DNA of 64,000 nt, from the IMG/VR virus record IMGVR_UViG_3300037324_000043, positions 2,660 through 66,659 of that record. The stretch is one strand, 5' to 3'. Within the stretch, counting starts at the first letter, position 1, and each line of letters starts with the position of its first letter. Below, piece after piece: positions 1-9,574 of the stretch. The position numbers were made by a program, and so were the translations under genes. Origin of the DNA: a virus. The notes under the pieces were generated by a model that worked only from the letters and a program-made list of their open reading frames with translations, did no database searches and was not told the DNA's origin.

Positions 1-43
1 AAGAGGAAAAAGAAAAAAATAATAATCAATAATTAATAAACAA

Positions 44-2065
44 ATGGGAAACACGCAAATTCAATTACAATCTTTGCATTTAGTCTATTTTAAGGGCTGC
101 AAGGATTTTAAAATCAATTTTTTAAACGATATCACTACAGTTCGTGGTGATAATGGAACACGGAAAAGTACAATATTTGATTCCTTCTCATGGTTATTTT
201 TTGGAAAGGACAGTAATGATGCTAGTGATACAAAATTCAGTGTTAAGACGATCAACTTAGAAACAATGGAAATTATCCAAAGAGTTGACCATAGCGTTGA
301 AGGTGTCTTCCTGATGAATGGTGAAAAAACTACAGTTAAAAGACAATTACAAGAAAAGTGGACCAAGAAAAAAGGGGCTTTAGAGAAGGTCTATACTGGA
401 AATGTGACTAATTACTATTGGAATGAAGTTCCTCTTTCCCAAAGAGAATACCAAGACAAAATAAGCCAGTTCATAAGTGAGGACGTTTTTAAGCTTATAA
501 CCAACCCTTATTCGTTTAACTCACTACACTGGGAGAGACAAAGAGAAATACTTACAGAATTAGTTGGTGGTATTTCTGATCAATCTATTGTAAGAGGTAA
601 TGTTGGTTTTGCAGATCTACTTTCAAAACTAACCAATAAGACTTTTGACGAGTACAAGAAGCAAATGAAATTCACGCTTAAACGTCTTAAGGCTGATAAG
701 GACGGGATTCCTTCTCGTATTGATGAGCAATTAAGAGGTAAGCCAGATGCTTTAGATTTTAAATCTATTGAATCTGAAATTAAAAAAAATGAAAAAACTC
801 TAGAAACGATTGATGAAAACATTTCTCAAGTCAATAAATCTGCTGATGCTCTACATAAAAAGTATGATGGCTTTAGACAAGAAAAGTCTGACCTTAATTT
901 GAAGAACAGCGATATCTTTTTTCAAGTTCAAAAGCAAGTACAGGATGATTTGTCAAAACAAGTCAATCCTGCTGATGCTACCATTTTAGAAATAGATGAA
1001 AATAATCTGAATATTCAAAAATTCCAGAGAGTTATTCTAAAATTGGAAAACCAAATTGAATCAGACAAAGCTTCGATTAAAACAGTCATTGCGAAAAGAA
1101 AAGTCAAATCAAATGAATGGGATGAAGAAAACGCTTCAGAATTAAAGTTTGAAGATGGTGATTTTGCTTGCCCTACCTGTAAAAGACCTTTAGAGGTTGA
1201 AGACCAGGAAACCGAGAGAGAGAAAATGCACTTGGATTTCATTAAGGACAAGCAGAACGCTATCGCTTCTATCAATAGAGAGGGTTTAGCTCTTAAGAAT
1301 CATCAGGAAACTCTTCAAATTGACATAGATCAAACTGAAAAGAGAATTGTAGATGGCAAAAAAGCCTTGAAAAGCCTTAAAAACACTGCAACAAATCTTC
1401 AATCTGAATTAGAAAGACTTCAAAGTAACTCAACCCCTGCTCTAAAGAAAGACGAAGAAATTAAAAAGCTTATTGATGTTCATGCAGAATACAATGAGAA
1501 TCTAAAACTAATCGCCAAGCTAGATAAGTCACTATCAAATCAAAAAGGTGTTGACGTCTCATCTCACAAAATAACAAGAAATAATGTGCTAGAAACTATT
1601 AGCTACCTTAAAATAAGCCTTAGCCAAAGAGCTAAAATAGCAGAAATAGATAATCGTGTTGCAGAGCTAGAAAAAGAGGAGAAAGAAAATTCACAACTCA
1701 TTGCTGCAGCCGAAAAAGAACTTGACACTATTCAACAGTTTGAGGTTGCTAAAATGACACTTACCGAAGGTATAATAAACGACAAGTTTGAGAAAGTAAA
1801 ATTTAAAATGTTCACTGAATTGGTGGATGGAACAAAGGTCCCTTCTTGCTTATGCTTATTTGGAGGTGTTCCTTTTCATTCAGTAAACTCGGCAGGACAA
1901 ATTGAAGCTGGCCTTGATATCATAAATACATTATGTGATTACTACAATACTCAGTCCGTGATCTTCATTGATGGCGCTGAAAGCATTACAGAAATACCAA
2001 GTACAAAGAGTCAACAAATTCGCCTTCTCGTAGAGAAAGGCACTAAACCCTTAATAGTAGAATAA
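44..2065 (+). CDS. Rad50/SMC-like AAA ATPase with zinc hook
   Basis: Walker A-like GDNGTRKST, long coiled coil, central CPTC, C-terminal IFIDGAES Walker B-like; upstream of RecT. Confidence 0.85.
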   Translation: MGNTQIQLQSLHLVYFKGCKDFKINFLNDITTVRGDNGTRKSTIFDSFSWLFFGKDSNDASDTKFSVKTINLETMEIIQRVDHSVEGVFLMNGEKTTVKRQLQEKWTKKKGALEKVYTGNVTNYYWNEVPLSQREYQDKISQFISEDVFKLITNPYSFNSLHWERQREILTELVGGISDQSIVRGNVGFADLLSKLTNKTFDEYKKQMKFTLKRLKADKDGIPSRIDEQLRGKPDALDFKSIESEIKKNEKTLETIDENISQVNKSADALHKKYDGFRQEKSDLNLKNSDIFFQVQKQVQDDLSKQVNPADATILEIDENNLNIQKFQRVILKLENQIESDKASIKTVIAKRKVKSNEWDEENASELKFEDGDFACPTCKRPLEVEDQETEREKMHLDFIKDKQNAIASINREGLALKNHQETLQIDIDQTEKRIVDGKKALKSLKNTATNLQSELERLQSNSTPALKKDEEIKKLIDVHAEYNENLKLIAKLDKSLSNQKGVDVSSHKITRNNVLETISYLKISLSQRAKIAEIDNRVAELEKEEKENSQLIAAAEKELDTIQQFEVAKMTLTEGIINDKFEKVKFKMFTELVDGTKVPSCLCLFGGVPFHSVNSAGQIEAGLDIINTLCDYYNTQSVIFIDGAESITEIPSTKSQQIRLLVEKGTKPLIVE

Positions 2066-2430
2066 TGATGAACGAAATAATTAATGAATTGAGAGATTTC
2101 TGTTTTAGTGAGTCAAAAAAAGCTGGATGGCACACCAATTTGGAAACAGGAGAACTGTTAGACAGGAATAAAGGAGAAATGCTTTGCTTGATTCACAGTG
2201 AAATTTCAGAAGCAATGGAAGGTGAACGTAAAAACCTAATGGACGATCATTTGCCATATAGACCAATGGCAGAAGTGGAGCTTGCTGATGCAGTAATTCG
2301 CATCATGGATTATGCAGGTCGATTTAATTATGACATAGGAGGAGCCATAATAGATAAGATTGCTTATAACAGATTAAGACCTGATCACAAAATGGAAAAT
2401 CGATTAAAAGAAACTGGTAAGAAATTTTAA
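2065..2430 (+). CDS. MazG-like nucleotide pyrophosphohydrolase
   Basis: LIHSEISEAMEG...EVELADAVIRIMD (ExxE...ExxD). Confidence 0.8.
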   Translation: MMNEIINELRDFCFSESKKAGWHTNLETGELLDRNKGEMLCLIHSEISEAMEGERKNLMDDHLPYRPMAEVELADAVIRIMDYAGRFNYDIGGAIIDKIAYNRLRPDHKMENRLKETGKKF

Positions 2431-2439
2431 TAAAAAGAT

Positions 2440-2751
2440 ATGATAGCAATTAAATTTAGTCCACAATACGAAGATAGAGTCGGTATCTATCTTAAAAACT
2501 CAAACCTTAAATCTTTAGGTGTTAAGTGGAATTTTAAAGAAACACCAGGCATAGATGCTGAGCACCAATGTTTTTGGCTCATAGAGTACAAACACTCAAA
2601 ACTTGTAAATACAGTCTTATCAGAACTTAAGGAAATGAAGCAAATAATGGGTGTACTAGACCTTCAGTTTCAATACTGTTATTCCGAAAAAGAGTTTTAC
2701 ACTCAATATTCTACGACGGGTAATAGATGCATAAACTGGTTTGCAATATGA
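2440..2751 (+). CDS. hypothetical protein
   Basis: 103-aa ORF in tightly packed operon. Confidence 0.55.
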   Translation: MIAIKFSPQYEDRVGIYLKNSNLKSLGVKWNFKETPGIDAEHQCFWLIEYKHSKLVNTVLSELKEMKQIMGVLDLQFQYCYSEKEFYTQYSTTGNRCINWFAI

Positions 2752-2933
2752 CTTACGAAGATTTAATCACAGTAGAAGAAGAAACTAAAAGATTTCTCAA
2801 AAAACTAGATGCAGCGAAAACTCGTATAAAGGATGATCGCTTTGCATTGACCTCAGGAAGCAAAGAAACTGGAGCAGTCAAAAGGGCTGCGCTGGACTTA
2901 AAAATGGAATTAACAAAAATCACTAAATACTAA
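2748..2933 (+). CDS. hypothetical protein
   Basis: Probable start MTYEDL overlapping upstream stop (ATGA coupling). Confidence 0.6.
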   Translation: MTYEDLITVEEETKRFLKKLDAAKTRIKDDRFALTSGSKETGAVKRAALDLKMELTKITKY

Positions 2934-2939
2934 ATAATT

Positions 2940-3893
2940 ATGATTACAGCAAATCAAGAGAAAAAAACAAGTACAGAAGTTGTAAAGGCTTCGAAAAAAC
3001 AGTCTGAAATTACAAATATTGTGCTTAAGAGGGTTGAAGCTTTTCAAAGATCTGGGGAGTTAAGACTTCCTAAGAATTACAGCCCTGAGAATGCTTTAAA
3101 AGCTGCTCAGCTATTATTGGCGGAACAAAAGGATAGAAACGGTAAATCTGTTCTAGAATCTTGCACTCGAACGAGTATTGCAAGTGCTTTGTTAAAAACG
3201 GTAGTATGGGGGTTGGCTCCACACAAAGGGCAAGTTTACTACATTCCATACGGACCAAAACTAGAATGTAGTATCTCATATACTGGAAATATTGCGATTG
3301 CTAAGCGGTATGGTAATTTAAAGAGCATAAAGGCAAATTGCATTATGGAAGGTGACGACTTCGAATTTGAAATTGATAGCAAAACAGGCTTAAGAAAAAT
3401 AATTAAGCACTCGCAAACTTTGGAAAGTGTTGGATCTGGGTCTATAAAAGGAGCTTATGCAATTATTGAATTGAACGACGGAACTTTTGATGTTGAGATT
3501 ATGAGTTTTTCACAGATAGAAAAGTCTTGGCAACAAGGAGCCACAAAGGGAGATAGCCCAGCTCATAGAAAGTTTCCTGATCAAATGTCAATAAAAACAG
3601 TTTTGAATAGGGCTTGTAAACTTCTTATAAGAACAAGTGATGATCAAGTCTTATACGAGGATGATGATAATAAAGACTTGGACCGAACCAAAGAGGACGT
3701 CAATCAAGAAATTAATGACAATGCTAATCAAGAAATTATTGACGTTGATTTTGAAGAAGAGGAAGAGATAGAATCCATACCTGATCCTACTCAAACAAAA
3801 ACTCCTCCTAAGACTTCTAAAAAACCAGAACCTAAAGAAGAACCACAGCCTAAAGAATTTCCAAAAGCAGGAACTCAAGAAAAAGCATTTTAA
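2940..3893 (+). CDS. recT: RecT-family single-strand annealing protein
   Basis: GLAPHKGQVYYIPYG, GAYAIIEL, DQMSIKTVLNRACK; acidic/Pro-rich tail. Confidence 0.9.
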   Translation: MITANQEKKTSTEVVKASKKQSEITNIVLKRVEAFQRSGELRLPKNYSPENALKAAQLLLAEQKDRNGKSVLESCTRTSIASALLKTVVWGLAPHKGQVYYIPYGPKLECSISYTGNIAIAKRYGNLKSIKANCIMEGDDFEFEIDSKTGLRKIIKHSQTLESVGSGSIKGAYAIIELNDGTFDVEIMSFSQIEKSWQQGATKGDSPAHRKFPDQMSIKTVLNRACKLLIRTSDDQVLYEDDDNKDLDRTKEDVNQEINDNANQEIIDVDFEEEEEIESIPDPTQTKTPPKTSKKPEPKEEPQPKEFPKAGTQEKAF

Positions 3894-3896
3894 TCT

Positions 3897-4631
3897 ATGG
3901 AACTAAAAGTTATCGGCTCTGGAAGTCAAGGCAATTCCTACATCTTAACTAATGATACAAATGTATTGTTAATCGAACTTGGAGTGAATTTCAAACGCAT
4001 CAAAAAAGCATTAGATTTTAATATATCGAATGTAGATGGGGCCTTAGTGTCTCATATACATTCTGATCACTCTAAAGCTATCAAAGATGCGGTTGAATGT
4101 GGAATTGAAGTGTATTCTGGAGCTGAAACTATTGAAGCAACAGGCTTAAAAAATCATAGGCTAAAACCCATGAAGGCAAAAAAAGCATACATGATTGGAT
4201 CTTTCAAAGTGATGCCATTCGAATTGCGTCATGATGTTCCCTGCCTTGGATTTATAATTAAGCATGAGGACTGCGGTAACGTCGTTTTTATTACAGATAC
4301 TTATTATTCCCCATTTAGGTTTAAAGACGTGAACCAATGGATTATTGAGGCTAATTATAGCCAAAGCATATTAGATGGAAAAGATGGCTATGGTAATCAA
4401 AATGATTTTCTTAGAAATCGAGTAATGAGCAGCCATTTATCCATTGAAAATTGCTCAAGTTTATTAGCTGCAAACGATTTGAGCACCACAAATAATATCG
4501 TGCTTACTCACTTATCTGATAGAAATAGTAATGCTGCTGAGTTTAAGGAATCCATAGAAAATCAAACCGGTAAGACTGTAAATATTGCAGAAACCGGACT
4601 AACAATAAATTTTAAAAAACGCCCTTTTTAA
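3897..4631 (+). CDS. MBL-fold metallo-hydrolase (probable exonuclease partner of RecT)
   Basis: GSGSQGN, SHIHSDH, HD, TDT, EANY, HLS motifs. Confidence 0.9.
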   Translation: MELKVIGSGSQGNSYILTNDTNVLLIELGVNFKRIKKALDFNISNVDGALVSHIHSDHSKAIKDAVECGIEVYSGAETIEATGLKNHRLKPMKAKKAYMIGSFKVMPFELRHDVPCLGFIIKHEDCGNVVFITDTYYSPFRFKDVNQWIIEANYSQSILDGKDGYGNQNDFLRNRVMSSHLSIENCSSLLAANDLSTTNNIVLTHLSDRNSNAAEFKESIENQTGKTVNIAETGLTINFKKRPF

Positions 4632-4949
4632 ATGTTACAAATAAAAGCAAGCGATTTAGTCGAAATCGATGAAGAGTTTATAAATCGAGTTTCCAACCGA
4701 CTTAAGGAAATTCAAGATAAAAAAGAGTTAGAAAATCCTTACTACTCAACAAATGAAGTAGCCGAGCTTTTAAAAATCACAAGGCTTACAGTAGTTAGAT
4801 ACATAAATTCTTATTTATACCCTAACAAATACCCACTTACACAAAGATTAAAGGCTGTAAAAGCTGGAAAGTCCTGGTTAATTAGAAAATCAGACTTAGA
4901 AATCTACCTTAAAAACCCTAAAAACCCTAATTATGATGAACAAAAATAG
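4632..4949 (+). CDS. excisionase-like HTH DNA-binding protein
   Basis: YSTNEVAELLKITRLTV...LKAVKAGKSWLIRKSDL. Confidence 0.8.
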   Translation: MLQIKASDLVEIDEEFINRVSNRLKEIQDKKELENPYYSTNEVAELLKITRLTVVRYINSYLYPNKYPLTQRLKAVKAGKSWLIRKSDLEIYLKNPKNPNYDEQK

Positions 4950-5700
4950 ATTTCACACAACTGGTGAACTGAGTACTGAAATAATTGATAAGCTAGAATC
5001 TTTAGGATTTAGTAAACTTCCAAATTGCATGAGCAAGCCTTATGCAGATCTGAAAAAAACTATAATTGACAAAGAGACTAAAACGTTCTGGTGCCTTGAC
5101 GATGTTTGTTTTGAAAACTCAATAGTTACTATAAGTAATCAATTTCAAGAAATTATATTAGAATTTAATATTGATGATTTGGTCTTTAATGAAGCAAAGG
5201 AGCTGGATTTATCGAATGAAACTTTAGAATCTATACCTAATCTTGTTACAGACTTTTATTCAGACCAGACTTTGTTTACACCTGCTCAAGAGAAAATTAC
5301 GAGGCTTTTATTGAAAAATTCGTCTTTACCAAAAAAACCTCATAAAGCTATAGGGAGTGACTTTAAAGATTACTTAAAAAACGCTAGGATTGATTTTTGT
5401 AAAAAAGCTCATAAATATTATGTTGAAGATTATTTAGATTTAAGAACATCAATTGATAGTTTTCTAATTGCTTACGATCAAGCTTGCCATAAGTTATATG
5501 ATAGTAAAAAACCTCAAAAAGCTATAGAAACTCAAGAAATCACTTTGCTGGATTACTTCGCGGCTAAAGCCATGCAAGGGGAGCTATCTAGTCAAGATGA
5601 AAACACTTCGTTTAGAACTTCAGGTGTATCTCAAAGAGCTTATCAGATAGCTCGTGAAATGATGGAAATTAGAAAGATCAATACGGATAGTGTTAAATAA
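4933..5700 (+). CDS. hypothetical phage protein with C-terminal TLLDYFAAKAMQG motif
   Basis: 255-aa ORF; C-terminal motif common in phage proteins. Confidence 0.65.
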   Translation: MMNKNRFHTTGELSTEIIDKLESLGFSKLPNCMSKPYADLKKTIIDKETKTFWCLDDVCFENSIVTISNQFQEIILEFNIDDLVFNEAKELDLSNETLESIPNLVTDFYSDQTLFTPAQEKITRLLLKNSSLPKKPHKAIGSDFKDYLKNARIDFCKKAHKYYVEDYLDLRTSIDSFLIAYDQACHKLYDSKKPQKAIETQEITLLDYFAAKAMQGELSSQDENTSFRTSGVSQRAYQIAREMMEIRKINTDSVK

Positions 5701-5706
5701 AAAATC

Positions 5707-6084
5707 ATGGAAATAAAAGGAACATTAAAAGTAGTAGGCGATACGAAAACCTACGGAGGAAATGGATTTCAAAAACGTGAAATCGTAGTCACTACTGATG
5801 AAAAATTTCCCCAAGACATTTTGGTAGAATTCGTCAAGGATAAATGCCAAATCTTAGACAATTATGCTGAAGGTCAAGAAGTTCTTGTTGGCATTAATTT
5901 ACGTGGGAGAGAGTGGGAAAGTCCTCAGGGAGAGGTTAAGTATTTCAACAGCATTGTTGGCTGGAGGATAGGATTACAGGAAGGCGAACAAAAACCTACG
6001 CCACAGCCCTATAAAGAGCCAGAGTACCCTAACGAACCTGATTTACCAATAGATGATGAAGAGGAAGATGATCTTCCCTTTTAA
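5707..6084 (+). CDS. DUF3127 single-stranded DNA-binding protein
   Basis: FQKREIVV...INLRGREW...YFNSIVGWRI; acidic DDLPF tail. Confidence 0.85.
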   Translation: MEIKGTLKVVGDTKTYGGNGFQKREIVVTTDEKFPQDILVEFVKDKCQILDNYAEGQEVLVGINLRGREWESPQGEVKYFNSIVGWRIGLQEGEQKPTPQPYKEPEYPNEPDLPIDDEEEDDLPF

Positions 6085-6135
6085 AATGGTGTAACAATAG
6101 TATAATTAAACTAATAATTTTGAAAAGGCAATGAG

Positions 6136-6333
6136 ATGGATTATAAATGGAAAGAAGACCCTTTTTTTATGATAGTACCACATCTTTCGATTCCTAATGT
6201 GCATTTTGTGTTTAGGAAGCTAAGCCCTACGGCATATTTAGAGATAGAATTTGAAATTAAAAATCGATTGATATACCCTGATAGCAGGTTAACGGATTCT
6301 GAAAATGAATTTATTTCAAAAAATTTGATTTAA
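6136..6333 (+). CDS. hypothetical protein
   Basis: 65-aa ORF behind TAATTTTG promoter at 6115-6122. Confidence 0.5.
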   Translation: MDYKWKEDPFFMIVPHLSIPNVHFVFRKLSPTAYLEIEFEIKNRLIYPDSRLTDSENEFISKNLI

Positions 6334-6371
6334 TTATTATACTAAAGTTATACTATATTATATTTTATTTA

Positions 6372-6379
6372 TATATTTG
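6372..6379 (+). promoter_or_regulatory. Bacteroidota -7 promoter element
   Basis: TATATTTG matches TAnnTTTG; TATACTA copies just upstream. Confidence 0.6.
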
Positions 6380-6383
6380 ACAC

Positions 6384-6486
6384 GGGAAGAAATTAACATA
6401 AAATATTTATCAGGGATAAAACCCGAATAATTGCCCGTACTCTCCTCTTGATTTCTTCCCAGATTCAAAAAGTACGGGCTTTTTTG
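6384..6486 (+). ncRNA. candidate small RNA or attenuated leader
   Basis: Promoter upstream; GCCCGTACT/AGTACGGGC stem plus U-tract; loop ATTTCTTCCC complementary to 5' GGGAAGAAAT. Confidence 0.4.
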
Positions 6487-6540
6487 ATTTTGAATATTAA
6501 CGGAACCTCGCGATACTAGGTTAATCGCTAATATAAAATT

Positions 6541-6975
6541 ATGGCACAATTCAAAATCGGAGAACTTTACGATGATTCGTTTAGAAAACTCACTCCACAA
6601 GAAAGAAAAGATAACCTGCAAGGGGTTATGTACGAGGGAAAGGAAAAAAGCTACACTAAAAATCTTACAGAAGATGAATTACTTGACCGCAAGGAAGAGT
6701 ATGCAGAAGTTGGCTTGAAGCTTTCTGAAATTGCTGACGAGAAAAAGAACTTTCTTGATAATTTAAAGCTACAAACAAAGCCTGTAACAGAGAGATCTTC
6801 AATCCTCTTAACTGCTATCAAATTTAGATCAGAGCAGAGATACGGGATTATTTACAGTGTAGACGACCAGGAAGAAGGTATGATGTACTTCTTTGACGAG
6901 AACGCTTATTGCGTAGACGCTAGACCTCTAACTAGAGAGGAAAGACAGATTAAATTAAAAAAACTTAATTCCTAA
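6541..6975 (+). CDS. hypothetical phage protein
   Basis: 144-aa ORF with A-rich Bacteroidota-type start context. Confidence 0.7.
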   Translation: MAQFKIGELYDDSFRKLTPQERKDNLQGVMYEGKEKSYTKNLTEDELLDRKEEYAEVGLKLSEIADEKKNFLDNLKLQTKPVTERSSILLTAIKFRSEQRYGIIYSVDDQEEGMMYFFDENAYCVDARPLTREERQIKLKKLNS

Positions 6976-6980
6976 TTATC

Positions 6981-7700
6981 ATGGAAGTAGACAAATTGGC
7001 TTTAGAAGCCTTAAAAAAAGACCAAGGAAGTATTGTCGTATTAACTGGAAAAGCTCCAGAACAGCATAATCCTCAGCCTGTAAATATATCAGGAAATATA
7101 GACGCTCCATCTAGATTTATAGAAGGTAGGAAAATTGATTTTGAAAGATCTCAACGTCACTGTAAAGTTTCAAAAACCGATGGAACTATCGTATTGATTC
7201 TTAATGAACAATCTGTTGTTGATAAATATACGGTTTCAGGAAAAATTGAAGTTGGTAAAAAGTTCCAAAAGCTTGGGATCAACAAGGATAATGTTAACTA
7301 CAAGCCTGAAGAATTAGCGAACAAATTGAAGCTCTTACGAGCGATGTTTACAAGCAATTTAGAACACGCTACAATTTGCAGTACTCTTCGCAATATAAAG
7401 GCTACCATCAACAAGCAAATAGACAGCCTTGATGATAGAAAAGGTAATGTGACCGATAATTTTCAACAAACTGTTGCAAGCAACATGCCAGACGCTATTA
7501 TTTTAAAGCTTCCTCTACTTGAAGGCGAAGATCCTGTAGAAATATCGGTTAACGTAGTTCTGGAAGCTGACTCCTCCAGTCAAATCAAATGCTATTTAGA
7601 AAGCGTTGATGCAGCCGAACTAATTGAAGAGCTCTTTGAAAAAAGAGTCAACGAGGAAATCGAAAAAATAAAAGATTTCGTAACCATTATTGAACATTAA
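6981..7700 (+). CDS. hypothetical phage protein (possibly DUF2303-like)
   Basis: 239 aa; MPDAIILKLPLLEG-type C-terminal half; family call tentative. Confidence 0.6.
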   Translation: MEVDKLALEALKKDQGSIVVLTGKAPEQHNPQPVNISGNIDAPSRFIEGRKIDFERSQRHCKVSKTDGTIVLILNEQSVVDKYTVSGKIEVGKKFQKLGINKDNVNYKPEELANKLKLLRAMFTSNLEHATICSTLRNIKATINKQIDSLDDRKGNVTDNFQQTVASNMPDAIILKLPLLEGEDPVEISVNVVLEADSSSQIKCYLESVDAAELIEELFEKRVNEEIEKIKDFVTIIEH

Positions 7701-7707
7701 TTTATGA

Positions 7708-7746
7708 AGCCCTATGCAACTCTAAGTTTCGTATAGGGCTTTTTTT
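7708..7746 (+). terminator. intrinsic terminator
   Basis: AAGCCCTATG...TATAGGGCTT followed by T-tract. Confidence 0.75.
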
Positions 7747-7904
7747 AAAAAAAAAATAGCGTGAAAACTAACGTAGTAATGAAGAGGGAAAAGTAAAACC
7801 AAGTTTCCTTGTTTCTACAATTAAGGCTACATAAAGACCTTTAATCAACTCCAAGAACAACTTAGAGTTTTATACAGAAATAAGTATAATAAAATATCAG
7901 CATA

Positions 7905-8783
7905 ATGAGCAAAGATCCAGCAATATTATTTTACTACAAAGATTTCGATAGCGACACGGCAGATTGGGAAGCGGATGCTGTTGGTTGGTATATGAGACTT
8001 CTCATTTTTCAATCTGGAAATGGATATGTTCCTTCAGATATTGAAAGTTTAGCGCAAGTAGCGCGTGTAAGATTTTCAGATTATCAATTATTCTGTGATC
8101 GCTGGGCGAGACGCTTAGCGTGCAAATTTGAAGCGCATAGCGAAGGCAAACTATATAATAGATTCTTGGCAGAAGTACAACTAAAACGTAAATCAGGAGC
8201 CATAAAAAAATCAGTTTTGGCAGTCTTCGGAAACTTTATAAAGTCAACAGAGTTAAGCCTTAAGGAAGAAAAAGAATTAAAAATTTTATTTCATAAAGAT
8301 ACTTCGTTTTATGATGTTTTAGATGCTGAAAAAAGAAAAGAAAATATCACTTTATTTCTAAATAACTCACTTATAAAAATCAAACAGCGTATCGCTAAGC
8401 GTACGCAACAGGGAAATGAAATTGGAAATGTAAATGAAGATGAAGATATAATAGAAAATACAATAATAACTGTATGGCCAGACTTTGAAGATTTTTGGGA
8501 TGAGTACGATAAGAAAATCGGATCTAAATCTAAAATCGAACCCAAGTGGACAGAACTATCTCAAAAAACTAAAGAGGAGATAATGGTCTACATACCCAAT
8601 TATAAAATTTCACAACCTGAAAAGAAATTCAGAAAGAATCCAGAAACATTTTTTAACAACGAGTCTTGGAAAGACGAAATAATCAGCAGCAATGGAAACA
8701 AGAGTCAGAATAACGGACAGTCAAATGAAACAGATTTCAACAAAGTCCTCTCAGGAATTGATGCAATGTATGGCGGCAAATGA
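7905..8783 (+). CDS. phage replication initiator (DUF1376/YdaU-like N-terminus)
   Basis: KDPAILFYYKDF...GWYMRLL wHTH; C-terminal FEDFWDEYDKK...PETFFNNESW. Confidence 0.75.
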   Translation: MSKDPAILFYYKDFDSDTADWEADAVGWYMRLLIFQSGNGYVPSDIESLAQVARVRFSDYQLFCDRWARRLACKFEAHSEGKLYNRFLAEVQLKRKSGAIKKSVLAVFGNFIKSTELSLKEEKELKILFHKDTSFYDVLDAEKRKENITLFLNNSLIKIKQRIAKRTQQGNEIGNVNEDEDIIENTIITVWPDFEDFWDEYDKKIGSKSKIEPKWTELSQKTKEEIMVYIPNYKISQPEKKFRKNPETFFNNESWKDEIISSNGNKSQNNGQSNETDFNKVLSGIDAMYGGK

Positions 8784-9480
8784 TTACTACTCATTCGTTT
8801 CGCTAGAAAGGGAAACAACGGTTGCAATCGCAATGGGAGGTGTTCAGTTGAGAAAATTAAAGGATCAAGTTACAAAGGTCAACGTAATTAAATCTCTTTC
8901 TTTTTTAATTGCAAATTTCAATAACAATTTTAATGCAAGAGGGAAACTTAACGAACAGCAAATTATCGTTTTGGCAGGAGATCTTTTTGACAGATTTAGT
9001 TTTGAATCTCTTGAAGACGTGATGCTGATGTTTAAATACGCTCGTCAAGGCAAAATTGGAGACGGAAAGGATTTCAAGCTCGATAGCCAGACGATATTTC
9101 ATAAATGGGTGCCAGAATACCTTGAGCTTAAAGCAAACGAAAGAGAACTTAAACACAACAAGAAAAAAGGGGAATTATCGGGAATGGCAAACTTCAATTG
9201 GGATAAAGAAAACTTAGACAAGTTTGAAGTTTCTGAAAAAGAACAGTTAGCTGGGAAAAACTTTGGAAGCCGGGTAAAAGAAATATTTACTACTGAGCAC
9301 CTTGAAAAACCAAAATTGGATCAAGTTCTTAAGCCTGATTTTTACGAAAGAGCCAAGGCTGATGTTGTAAATCACAGCACCGAAAACTTACAAGTTTATC
9401 TAAATGCTGAAAAGAAATCGGTAGTACCGGATGAATCAATGATTAAAATTGTTGAAACAGAATTGAAATCTAGAAAATGA
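8692..9480 (+). CDS. replication-associated protein (possible helicase loader)
   Basis: Overlaps initiator as in O/P-type pairs; LEDVMLMFKYARQGKIG. Confidence 0.55.
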   Translation: METRVRITDSQMKQISTKSSQELMQCMAANDYYSFVSLERETTVAIAMGGVQLRKLKDQVTKVNVIKSLSFLIANFNNNFNARGKLNEQQIIVLAGDLFDRFSFESLEDVMLMFKYARQGKIGDGKDFKLDSQTIFHKWVPEYLELKANERELKHNKKKGELSGMANFNWDKENLDKFEVSEKEQLAGKNFGSRVKEIFTTEHLEKPKLDQVLKPDFYERAKADVVNHSTENLQVYLNAEKKSVVPDESMIKIVETELKSRK

Positions 9481-9574
9481 AAAAAATGAAAAAACTATTT
9501 AAAATATTGTATAAAGAATTACAAAAATGGGGAGAGGCAGCTGCCTGGGCTAAAAGAAATTAAAGCAAATAATT

